Assembly (NCBI GenBank): GCA_964441745.1
Contig: CAYTYR010000002.1
Span: 1 to 64,000, forward strand
Origin: an uncultured Clostridia bacterium
GTDB taxonomy: Bacteria > CAYTYR01 > UBA6262
Reading direction: 5' to 3'
DNA: 64,000 nucleotides
Shown: piece by piece, positions 48,657 through 57,284 of the stretch
Numbering within the stretch: position 1 is the stretch's first letter
Layout of the letters: each line of letters starts with the position of its first letter
Position numbers and translations under genes: made by a program
Notes under the pieces: model-generated
Told to the model about the DNA's origin: nothing
Database searches by the model: none
The model's input: only the letters and a program-made list of their open reading frames with translations

Positions 48657-50051
48657 ATGAATCAATCTTCGGAAAAGCATAAACATGAAAAGCGCAAAAC
48701 TAACAGGTTAAGAACCAATATCCCGTTTAAGTACTATGCCCTGAGCGGGCGGGAAGAGATCCTCAAGGAAGGAAAAATACTGGAGATCTCTTCGGAGAAT
48801 GTCCTCTTTGATAATCCGGAAGGCATCAGTATCGGGGACCGGATCAGGTTTGAAGTGACTTTGCCTACACTGCTGGATGTGGTTAAGTGCTGGGGAGTTG
48901 TAACCAGGCTGGATTATGATGAGAAGCAGGCCGCGCTGGAATTTGACCAGATGGATGATGTTGGACGCAAGCAGGTCCTGACTTTTTTGGAGCGCAGTGA
49001 TATTATCCGTTTACTGGAGACTACTTTAGCTGAAGGAGCTAGTGATCTGCACCTGTCAGTTGGCCATAAACCGAATATCCGGCTGGGTGGTACGCTCAAG
49101 CCGCTATCAACCCATGAGACGATCACCGGCATTATGCTTAAAAAAATGATCTATAGTATCTTATCAGAAGATCAGATAGCAGTGTTTGAAAAACGCCTGG
49201 AGCTGGATTCATCCTTTGCTTTATCACCAGTAGTCAGGTTCCGTTTTAATGTCCATATCCAAAGGGGAAATGTGGAAATAGCGTTTAGGCGGATAGAATC
49301 ACATATTCGCGCCCTGGATGAATTAGGGTTGCCGCCGATAGTTGCTGATTTAGCCCGGAAAAAGAGTGGCTTAGTGATCGTTACCGGGGCTACTAATGCC
49401 GGTAAAACTACGACTGTCTCCGGCATGGTAGACTTAATCAATAATGAACGTTCATGTGTTATTATTACTTTGGAAGACCCGATCGAGTATGTCCATGATT
49501 TTAAAAAAGCCATTGTCAAGCAGAGAGAAGTTGGCTTGGATACGAAATCATTTACTATTGCTTTGAAGCATGCCTTGCGCCAGGACCCGGATGTGATCGT
49601 GATCGGTGAAATAAGAGACGCGGAAACCATGGCTACAGCGCTGTCTGCCGCCGAGACCGGTCATTTGATCATCGCTACCTTGCCGGCCTATGATTCAGTC
49701 CAGGCGATCAGCCAGATCGTTAATATGTTCCCCGTAGAACAACAGCGCCAGGTCAGAATGCAATTAGCCGAAACCTTACAAGGCTTGGTTTACCAAATGC
49801 TGCTGCCGCATGCGGAAAGGCCCTGGCAGAGGGTGCTGGCTACGGAAATACTGGTCGTGACTCCAGCGGTGCGTAATTTAATCCGCGACCAGCGGTTGGA
49901 GCAGATCCCCCTGGTTATCCAGACCGGTGGCGCTCAGGGGATGCATACTTTTGATTCTTCACTGGAACAACTGCTTCGCCGCCGGGAAATAAGCCAGGAA
50001 ACAGTGCATGAACGCTGCCGGGATAAAAAGAAATTCGGGATTAACGAGTAA
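48657..50051 (+). CDS. pilT: PilZ-PilT fusion (type IV pilus retraction ATPase)
   Basis: N-terminal PilZ-like domain (RKTNR); ASDLHL, GATNAGKT, EDPIE, QREVG, LRQDPD, GEIRD, AETGH. Confidence 0.88.
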   Translation: MNQSSEKHKHEKRKTNRLRTNIPFKYYALSGREEILKEGKILEISSENVLFDNPEGISIGDRIRFEVTLPTLLDVVKCWGVVTRLDYDEKQAALEFDQMDDVGRKQVLTFLERSDIIRLLETTLAEGASDLHLSVGHKPNIRLGGTLKPLSTHETITGIMLKKMIYSILSEDQIAVFEKRLELDSSFALSPVVRFRFNVHIQRGNVEIAFRRIESHIRALDELGLPPIVADLARKKSGLVIVTGATNAGKTTTVSGMVDLINNERSCVIITLEDPIEYVHDFKKAIVKQREVGLDTKSFTIALKHALRQDPDVIVIGEIRDAETMATALSAAETGHLIIATLPAYDSVQAISQIVNMFPVEQQRQVRMQLAETLQGLVYQMLLPHAERPWQRVLATEILVVTPAVRNLIRDQRLEQIPLVIQTGGAQGMHTFDSSLEQLLRRREISQETVHERCRDKKKFGINE

Positions 50052-50053
50052 AA

Positions 50054-50671
50054 ATGCGCTATAAGTTAAAAGCTGTTCCGCTGACTATGGATATTCTGGT
50101 CGTTTTCTATCTGGCCTTGTCGCTCTGGCTGGTGTATGAAGGTGATGTCCTGGGATATACGAAAATATTTAACCTGGTTCCGGACCAGCTTGCTCTTTCT
50201 AAGATATTTGTCCTGCTCTATCAGATCCGGCTTTATCTCTTTGCTATTACTTATTGTGTATTTATCATTGGTTTATACTACTTAAAAAAATGGGCTTTTA
50301 TCGGTACCCTGGTCCTGAATCTTGTTACCCTGGTCACGGCTGAGCCCTTGGTCAGGGTGGTCACTTTTTTTGCCATTATTTACCTGGTTTTACAGCGTGA
50401 ATATTTTAGTATCGGGGAATTTAAAAGGCCTGAATACAAGAATCTTATCCATGTTGATTTGATGAAGGGAGACAAGCAAAGGGATCAGGACGCAGAGCGT
50501 TATGACCTGAAAATAGAAGAATTACTGGCCAATGGCCAGACCGACGAAGCCATAGAATATGCGCAAGGATTAATAGCTATTGCCCGCCAAATGGCTGACA
50601 CCAAGAACCTGATTTTCTATGAAAAATATGTAGAAAAAATAAATCACCTCAAGAACCGGACCATTCTGTGA
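50054..50671 (+). CDS. Hypothetical membrane protein
   Basis: Several TM helices; lies between pilT and maf in the same operon. Confidence 0.65.
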   Translation: MRYKLKAVPLTMDILVVFYLALSLWLVYEGDVLGYTKIFNLVPDQLALSKIFVLLYQIRLYLFAITYCVFIIGLYYLKKWAFIGTLVLNLVTLVTAEPLVRVVTFFAIIYLVLQREYFSIGEFKRPEYKNLIHVDLMKGDKQRDQDAERYDLKIEELLANGQTDEAIEYAQGLIAIARQMADTKNLIFYEKYVEKINHLKNRTIL

Positions 50672-51261
50672 AAAACAATCGCCCGTATCAGTATATTTTG
50701 GCCAGCGCCTCCCCCCGCCGCCGTCAATTACTCCAGGAAATGGGACTCCAATTTAAAATAATCCCCAGCTCGATTACAGAAAAGGTTGATCCTGTTCTTT
50801 GTCCGTCTCAGCTGGTCAAGGAGCTGGCTTGGCAAAAAGCGGCTGATGTCGCCCGGAAATTCCCAGGGAAAAAATATCTAGTTATCGGGGCAGATACTAT
50901 TGTGGTCCGGAGAGGGGAGATCCTGGGGAAGCCGCGGGATGCCTCGCATGCCCGGCAGATCTTAAATAAGTTAAGCGGCAGCATTCACTTTGTCTATACC
51001 GGAGTAGCAGTGATCGATACCTCTACCGGCAAAAAGATTGTGTCTTACGAAAAAACCAGGGTTAAAATGAAAAAGTTAAGTCCGGAAGAAATAATATATC
51101 ATTCCGGGCGGCATTTAGATAAAGCCGGCGCTTATGCCGTGCAGGAAGAAAAAGATGCTTTTATCGAAAAAATAGATGGCTGTTATTATAATGTGGTTGG
51201 CTTGCCTCTTAATCTTCTTAAGCGGATGCTTAAGCAGTTGGCAGCAAAGGGAATCAGGTAA
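50668..51261 (+). CDS. maf: Maf family nucleoside triphosphate pyrophosphatase
   Basis: LASASPRR, GADTIV, LGKP, DKAGAY, NVVGLP. Confidence 0.93.
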   Translation: MKNNRPYQYILASASPRRRQLLQEMGLQFKIIPSSITEKVDPVLCPSQLVKELAWQKAADVARKFPGKKYLVIGADTIVVRRGEILGKPRDASHARQILNKLSGSIHFVYTGVAVIDTSTGKKIVSYEKTRVKMKKLSPEEIIYHSGRHLDKAGAYAVQEEKDAFIEKIDGCYYNVVGLPLNLLKRMLKQLAAKGIR

Positions 51262-51401
51262 TCAGGAGACCAGGAGGAAGAATATCAGGACATCAGGATA
51301 GCAGGAAGTTCCTGATTTCCTGGTAACCTGATAACCACCACCTGATACTCTGATATTCTGATAGACTATACTTACTTCCAAACCCTACACCTAATAACTG
51401 T
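51251..51401. repeat. Family A array (51251-51362) fused to a half copy of family B (51363-51401)
   Basis: ATCAGG/CCTGAT units followed by ACTTACTTCCAAACCCTACACCTAATAACTG; lies between convergent genes. Confidence 0.65.
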
Positions 51402-51403
51402 CT

Positions 51404-52135
51404 TTACTCTGCTTGACCAGTCATCTGTTTCTCTATTTTCTCTAAATTGTCCTCGATCTTAGCCCCAGCTTGCAGTTTTTTATACCATTCTTCAAAAGTT
51501 TGTGACTTCTTCTGCTGTAACAGGCTCTGCCTTATCGTTTCCTTTTCCTTTAACAGGTCTTCCGGTTTTGGGGCTGTTTTCTTATCTTTTAGCCGTTTAG
51601 TGGCTTCATCTGCCACTTCCTGATCAGTGACTATTATTGTTGCTGTTATTTTTTCCTGTAATTGCTGAATGATCAGGCTTTCCCTGACCTCTCTCTCAAA
51701 TACGGCCGGGGTAGTGCGTATTTGCATTTTCAGGATATTTAAATATTGCTGCTTATCAAAGCGGCCATCTTTTTGGAAATAAGGCAGTTTTTGGATATAA
51801 TCGCTTAACTCTTTATTAGAGACTTTGATCTTCATTTTATTAGCTTCTTGCAGCAGCAAGACCTTGCTGATCATTTCATTGAGTACCATTTTTTTCAGGT
51901 TATTGGCCATTTCTTCATTAATTTCAATGTTATACATATTGCGGTAATTATTCATCCTTTGCCCAAAAGTAGCATTGAATGCTTCATACCTGATTTTTTT
52001 CCCGTTGACCTTGGCCACCACATCAGCCGTATTGGTAAAGAAATAGCTCCCTAACCCTACGAACGTAGCCATAATAAAAATACTGACCGCGAACCATAGG
52101 AATATTTTGGTATTTTTGCGTATTGCTTTAAGCAT
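51404..52135 (-). CDS. SurA N-terminal domain/PpiD-like periplasmic chaperone
   Basis: MLKAIRK..TM helix, VAKVNG..I, FQKDGRFD..Y; AGGGAGG RBS on the minus strand. Confidence 0.82.
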   Translation of the reverse strand: MLKAIRKNTKIFLWFAVSIFIMATFVGLGSYFFTNTADVVAKVNGKKIRYEAFNATFGQRMNNYRNMYNIEINEEMANNLKKMVLNEMISKVLLLQEANKMKIKVSNKELSDYIQKLPYFQKDGRFDKQQYLNILKMQIRTTPAVFEREVRESLIIQQLQEKITATIIVTDQEVADEATKRLKDKKTAPKPEDLLKEKETIRQSLLQQKKSQTFEEWYKKLQAGAKIEDNLEKIEKQMTGQAE

Positions 52136-52262
52136 ATTCTAATTCCTCCCTTTAAAAACAATTCTTATATATACCCTAAACAGCAAAATAAAGCAAGTTT
52201 TTTTATAGTCCTGCCAAAATCTAATGCAAAGATCAGGTTAATATGATATAATTTCACATCCT

Positions 52263-53147
52263 ATGAATACCTTAACCATCCTTTTTTACCGCGTCTTTAT
52301 TTTCATCCTGCTGGGCTATCTCCTGGGCCGCAATCAGCGGTTGAACATCCAGCGGCAGTCGCAGGGAATGATTAATATTGCGATGTACGTCCTGTTCCCG
52401 GTTTTTGTGCTGGTGACCATGTGGTCAGAGCCTCTGCCCACTGCTTGTCTCTCTCAGATCTGGTTACTGGCTCTTGGAGTGATTATTGGCGGCGCGGCCT
52501 TGGCCTGGTTCTTTAGCCGGCTTTATACTGTATCCTATCGTGATTGCAGTTTACCCATCATCTTTATTAATTCAGCGTATCTCGGGATCCCGGTTAATAC
52601 CTATATCCTGGGTCCGGCCGCTACCAAATATGCCATTATTTTTGATCTTGTCCCTACCATAGTCATGTTCACTTTGGGCGTGGCTCTGGTCTCCAGGGGG
52701 AATAAACTGAAAGAAATGCTGAAAATGCCCTTGGTCTATGCCGCCCTGCTTGGTATGTTGTTAAATGCGCAGGGAGTACCAGTTCCCTGGTTGGCGCTAA
52801 AAATAACCAGCCTGATTAAAGCGGTTACTATGCCTTTAATCCTGATTATTGTTGGCTATGAGCTTAAACCTTTTAAATCCTCCTTATTAAGCCAGGTATT
52901 AGTGGCATCGCTATTGCGTATGGCTGGCGGCGCTCTGCTGGCTTTTGTCCTGATGTCTTGGCTGCGGCTGGAAGGAATCCCGGCTTTGGTCTGCTTGATC
53001 AGCGCCAGTATGCCCAGCGCGGTTAATAGTTATGTCCTGGCTAAAAAGTACCAGGCCAATGCCGAATTTGCCTCAGCCGTGGTCGCTATGAGCACCCTGA
53101 TCAGCGTTCCCTTAATTATATTAGGGACTTTACTTATCCAGCAATAA
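52263..53147 (+). CDS. AEC family transporter
   Basis: NSAYLGIP, MPSAVNSY, about 10 TM helices. Confidence 0.85.
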   Translation: MNTLTILFYRVFIFILLGYLLGRNQRLNIQRQSQGMINIAMYVLFPVFVLVTMWSEPLPTACLSQIWLLALGVIIGGAALAWFFSRLYTVSYRDCSLPIIFINSAYLGIPVNTYILGPAATKYAIIFDLVPTIVMFTLGVALVSRGNKLKEMLKMPLVYAALLGMLLNAQGVPVPWLALKITSLIKAVTMPLILIIVGYELKPFKSSLLSQVLVASLLRMAGGALLAFVLMSWLRLEGIPALVCLISASMPSAVNSYVLAKKYQANAEFASAVVAMSTLISVPLIILGTLLIQQ

Positions 53148-53210
53148 ATGCTATAATAAAATTTCGTTATTAGTATCTATTCATTCGCGTAATTCGCTGG
53201 AGTATTTTAA

Positions 53211-56048
53211 ATGGAAATCCCGTCTAAGTATGACTCTAAAGAGACTGATAGTAAATGGTATGATTTGCAGAGCAAGTATTTTCATGCCCAGCCTGACCCG
53301 GCTAAGAAGCCGTTTACCATAGTTATACCTCCGCCTAATGTCACCGGTTCACTGCATATGGGCCATGCCTTGAATAACACCCTGCAGGATATTCTGATCC
53401 GTTGGCGGCGCATGGAAGGATACAACGCCTGCTGGATACCAGGGACTGATCACGGGGGCATTGCTACCCAGAATGTAGTGGAAAAACTGCTCAAGCAGGA
53501 AGGAAAGACCCGTTTTGACCTGGGCCGGGAGAAGTTTTTAGAAAGAATGTGGAAGTGGCGCCAGGAAACCGGGGATACTATCTTAAAACAACTGCGAGTC
53601 CTCGGCTGTTCTCTGGATTGGGAGCGGACCCGTTTTACTATGGATGAGCAGTGTTCACTGGCAGTTAAGACGGCTTTCAGCCAGCTTTTTGCCAAAGGCT
53701 GGATCTATCGCGGTGAGCATATTGTGGACTGGTGCCCGCGGTGCGGCACGGCGCTCAATGAAAGCGAAGTGGAGCATGAACAGGAAAAAGGCCACCTCTG
53801 GTACATCAGATATCCTGTAAAAGAAAGTCAGCGGTCCCGCCACCAGAGCACCGGCGGGCAGGCAGCGGTCAGCGGTCAGCAGTTCATTGTTGTTGCTACT
53901 ACCAGGCCTGAAACGATGCTGGGCGATACAGCGGTAGCGGTTAATCCCAAAGATGAAAGATATAAAAATTTTATCGGCAAAGTACTGGTTTTGCCCTTAG
54001 TGAACAGGGAAATACCAGTGGTTGCTGATGAGGTGGTAGAAATGAGTTTTGGTACTGGGGCCGTAAAAGTGACTCCAGCTCATGATCCTAATGACTGGGA
54101 GATTTCCAAGCGGCACAACCTGGCTTCGATCCAGGTGATTGATAAAGAGGGCAAGATTACGCCACAAGCAGAAGTAGATACCAGCGGACGAGTTATCCCG
54201 CAGGCTGAGGTTAAAGGATATATTGGCCAGGACCGGTATAAGGCCCGGGAAAAAGTTGTTGCCGATCTCAAGGAAAAAGGGTTTCTGGAGAAGGAAGAAG
54301 ATTATACATTACCCATTACCAGGTGTTACCGTTGTAACAATGCTACCGAACCACTGGTTAGCGAGCAATGGTATTTAAAAACCAGGGAAATGGCTGATGC
54401 CGGCATGAAGGTGGTAGAAGAGGGCCAGACCAAATTTGTCCCGGATAATTGGGCAAAACCATATTTACTCTGGATGAAAAACCTGCATGACTGGTGTCTT
54501 TCCCGGCAGATCTGGTGGGGGCATCGTATCCCAGCCTGGTATTGCCTGAAATGCAACAAAGACAAGATTATTTTTAAGGATGATAGTAAGGAAAACTATA
54601 TATTGCGGTCTGGCATAAAACCAGATTATGTTGGAGTTAATGCTCCGGAAAAATGCCCTCAGTGTGGTGGCACGGAATTGGTCCAGGATCCTGATGTTCT
54701 GGATACCTGGTTTTCCAGCGCTCTCTGGCCATTTTCTACTTTAGGCTGGCCGGAGAAAAATCCAGATCTGGATCATTTTTACCCTACTGCTGTACTGGTA
54801 ACTGGTCATGAGATCATCTATCTTTGGGTAGCGCGCATGATCATGATGGGATTGACCCTGATGGGTCAGACTCCTTTCAGCGATATCTTTATCCATGGTA
54901 TAGTCCGAGACAGCCATGGCAAGAAAATGAGCAAATCGCTGGGTAATGTCATCGATCCGTTGGACGTGAGCGCGCAATTTGGCGTAGATGCTGTGCGGTT
55001 TACCTTGGCCTATAACGGCATCCGGGGTCGGGATCTACAGCTCGGCAATGAATCTTTCCAGGCCGCGCGGTATTTTTGCAATAAGCTCTGGAATGCCTCC
55101 CGTTTAGTGCTCATGAACCTGAAAGAAGGGGCGTTTGTCAGCCTGGAGAAGATTCCCCCGGCGCATTTGGAGTTAGCGGATAAATGGATCCTGAGTGAAT
55201 TCCAGAAACTGATTGGTTCAGTCAATGCGGCTCTGGAGAGTTATGATATCAGTCAGGCTTCGCGTCTGTTATATGAATTTACCTGGAGTAAATATTGCGA
55301 CTGGTACCTGGAATTGGTTAAATCCAGGCTCTATATTATCGAAGAACAGGAAACGAAACAGATCGCCCAGGCAGTATTGATCTATGTGCTGGACGGTATC
55401 TTGAAACTATTACACCCGATCATGCCTTTTATTACTGAAGAAATATGGCAGAATATGTCAGCGGTCCCGCCACTAGAGCACCGGCGGGCAGGCAGCGGTC
55501 AGCGGTCAGCGGACACAGAGACCAGTCTTGCCGTGCAGGAATGGCCGAAAGCTGACCAACTCTTAATCGATGAAAAAGCTGTTGCTAAAATGAACCTGGT
55601 GATGGACACCGTATCAGCGATCCGCAATATCCGCGGTGAAATGAGGGTCAATCCTGCCCAGAAGATCAAGGCTTTGATTAAAGTTGCCGGTGAACAAAAA
55701 GAAATACTGGCAGACAATATACAATACCTTTCTACCCTGGCGCGGCTGGAGGCCTTGAACTTAGGAGAAGATATCGCTAAACCGTCAGGCGCAGCTGCCG
55801 CTGTCGTGGCTGGTATAGAAATATATATCCCGCTCGCCGGTATTATTGATATCAACAAAGAACGGCAGCGTTTGGAAAAAGAAATAGCCAAGCTGGGAGA
55901 AGAGCTGAAAAAAGTTGAAGTGAAACTTAACAATAAGGAATTCATGCACAAAGCGCCGATAGTGGAAATAGACCGGGTTAAAGGCAAGGCCGTGGAAATG
56001 AAAGAGAATAAGCAGAAACTGGAAGATAATTTACAGTCACTAAGTTGA
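53211..56048 (+). CDS. valS: Valine--tRNA ligase carrying two repeat-derived inserts
   Basis: PPPNVTGSLHMGH, ATTRPET, SRQIWWGH, KMSKS, C-terminal coiled coil. Confidence 0.97.
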   Translation: MEIPSKYDSKETDSKWYDLQSKYFHAQPDPAKKPFTIVIPPPNVTGSLHMGHALNNTLQDILIRWRRMEGYNACWIPGTDHGGIATQNVVEKLLKQEGKTRFDLGREKFLERMWKWRQETGDTILKQLRVLGCSLDWERTRFTMDEQCSLAVKTAFSQLFAKGWIYRGEHIVDWCPRCGTALNESEVEHEQEKGHLWYIRYPVKESQRSRHQSTGGQAAVSGQQFIVVATTRPETMLGDTAVAVNPKDERYKNFIGKVLVLPLVNREIPVVADEVVEMSFGTGAVKVTPAHDPNDWEISKRHNLASIQVIDKEGKITPQAEVDTSGRVIPQAEVKGYIGQDRYKAREKVVADLKEKGFLEKEEDYTLPITRCYRCNNATEPLVSEQWYLKTREMADAGMKVVEEGQTKFVPDNWAKPYLLWMKNLHDWCLSRQIWWGHRIPAWYCLKCNKDKIIFKDDSKENYILRSGIKPDYVGVNAPEKCPQCGGTELVQDPDVLDTWFSSALWPFSTLGWPEKNPDLDHFYPTAVLVTGHEIIYLWVARMIMMGLTLMGQTPFSDIFIHGIVRDSHGKKMSKSLGNVIDPLDVSAQFGVDAVRFTLAYNGIRGRDLQLGNESFQAARYFCNKLWNASRLVLMNLKEGAFVSLEKIPPAHLELADKWILSEFQKLIGSVNAALESYDISQASRLLYEFTWSKYCDWYLELVKSRLYIIEEQETKQIAQAVLIYVLDGILKLLHPIMPFITEEIWQNMSAVPPLEHRRAGSGQRSADTETSLAVQEWPKADQLLIDEKAVAKMNLVMDTVSAIRNIRGEMRVNPAQKIKALIKVAGEQKEILADNIQYLSTLARLEALNLGEDIAKPSGAAAAVVAGIEIYIPLAGIIDINKERQRLEKEIAKLGEELKKVEVKLNNKEFMHKAPIVEIDRVKGKAVEMKENKQKLEDNLQSLS
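53827..53880 (-). mobile_element. 54-bp composite insert: GTCAGCG heptamers plus a 27-bp CCTG-hairpin element (53836-53862)
   Basis: 53/54 identical to 55457-55510. Confidence 0.8.
55457..55510 (-). mobile_element. Second copy of the 54-bp composite insert in valS (hairpin at 55466-55492)
   Basis: 53/54 identical to 53827-53880 and read in a different frame. Confidence 0.8.
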
Positions 56049-56050
56049 AG

Positions 56051-56244
56051 AAAATCCTAATATCGAATATCGAAATTCTCCCCTGCTGATCCCGATAAAT
56101 CGGGATCAAAGACGCGGGGACAGGTAAACAATATTAAATGGCCAAAACTATAATGTTGAAATGTTTAAGAATTTGGATTTAGGGTTTAGAAATTGTTTAG
56201 GGTTTAGAAATTGTTTAGGGTTTAGAAATTAGATATTAGAATTT
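56051..56244. repeat. Inverted short-period array (family E) with three tandem 18-bp units
   Basis: AAATCCTAATATCGAA...TTAGATATTAGAATTT arms; about three copies of TTTAGGGTTTAGAAATTG at 56178-56230. Confidence 0.7.
56080..56125 (-). mobile_element. 46-bp CCTG-hairpin micro-element nested in the family E array
   Basis: Same arms as the 47041 element with a different inner hairpin; removal restores GAAATTCTAAACAAT. Confidence 0.75.
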
Positions 56245-56263
56245 GTATTCTAAGGGGTTAATA

Positions 56264-56974
56264 ATGGTTCGCAGTGACGGCAGAAGTAATGAACAGATAC
56301 GGCCGGTGAAGATCACGGTTGATTATATCAAGCAGGCGGAAGGATCCTGTTTGATTGAACTGGGACAGACCAAAGTGATTTGTACTGCCAGCGTAGACAA
56401 CAAAGTTCCGCCGCACCTGAAAGATACCCGTACCGGCTGGGTCACGGCTGAGTATTCCATGCTCCCCAGGGCTACCAACACTCGTAACCAGCGTGAACGG
56501 ACCAAACTCTCTGGCCGGACCTTTGAAATACAGCGTTTGATCGGCCGGGCTATGCGGGCCTGTGTGGAATTAAAACAATTAGGCGAAAGGACCATTATCC
56601 TTGATTGCGATGTGATCCAGGCTGATGGCGGGACCAGGGTAGCTTCAATTACCGGAGCTTACGTCGCTTTGGTCAAGGCTTTGCGCACCATGAAAGACAA
56701 AGGACTGATCAATACTCTGCCCCTAAAAAACCAGGTGGCGGCTGTGAGCGTAGGCCTGATCAACGGGGAAATATTGGTAGATCTTTGCTACGAAGAGGAT
56801 TCCAAAGCTGATGTGGATATGAATGTGGTAATGACCGGTGATGGAGGATTCATAGAGGTGCAAGGGACCGGGGAAAATAGCACCTTTTCCAAGGAAGAGC
56901 TGGATCAGCTGCTGCAGTCAGCCCAAAAAGGCATTACCGAGCTGCTAAAACTGCAGAAAGAAGCCCTAAAATAA
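56264..56974 (+). CDS. rph: Ribonuclease PH
   Basis: [40 protein letters not shown]. Confidence 0.96.
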   Translation: MVRSDGRSNEQIRPVKITVDYIKQAEGSCLIELGQTKVICTASVDNKVPPHLKDTRTGWVTAEYSMLPRATNTRNQRERTKLSGRTFEIQRLIGRAMRACVELKQLGERTIILDCDVIQADGGTRVASITGAYVALVKALRTMKDKGLINTLPLKNQVAAVSVGLINGEILVDLCYEEDSKADVDMNVVMTGDGGFIEVQGTGENSTFSKEELDQLLQSAQKGITELLKLQKEALK

Positions 56975-57030
56975 AAAAGCAGTTTTGAATTTTGAGTTCA
57001 ACTCGCAACTCGCAACCCGAAACTGTTTTT
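56975..57030. terminator. Bidirectional terminator-like hairpin containing heptamer repeats
   Basis: AAAAAGCAGTTT...AAACTGTTTTT with internal AACTCGC repeats. Confidence 0.55.
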
Positions 57031-57032
57031 AA

Positions 57033-57218
57033 GTAGGGAAGTGCAAGGGATTTTAATCCTTGCTATTTAGTTTTGGTTCTTTTTTTTCTGGTAAATTGCG
57101 ATCCCAAGAGTTTTTGGCTGCCAGTGAGCCTGTATTTAGGCATCTACTGCGCCTGATTCTGGGGTCGAGACTTACAGAACTCGATTAGAGCTCTTTCATC
57201 TCTTGCAACTTCCCCTAC
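57033..57218 (-). ncRNA. ssrS: 6S RNA-like rod-shaped RNA
   Basis: 186 nt with a closing stem GTAGGGGAAGTTGCAAG/CTTGCACTTCCCTAC, a central bubble and an apical stem. A minus-strand promoter TTGCAG-N17-TATATT lies at 57251-57223, but G-U pairs do not clearly favour that strand. Confidence 0.6.
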
Positions 57219-57284
57219 GATGAATATAGCGCAATTTATTGTTCCCTGCAAGCGATATTTAAGTAAAAAAACATCGGAGTTTTA

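Noticed and set aside
53148-53210. T-box leader for valS
   Set aside because: The gap is only about 60 bp and has no T-box motif.
19948-56244. Intergenic repeat arrays as CRISPR arrays
   Set aside because: Units are 7-18 bp with no unique spacers of constant length, and there are no cas genes.
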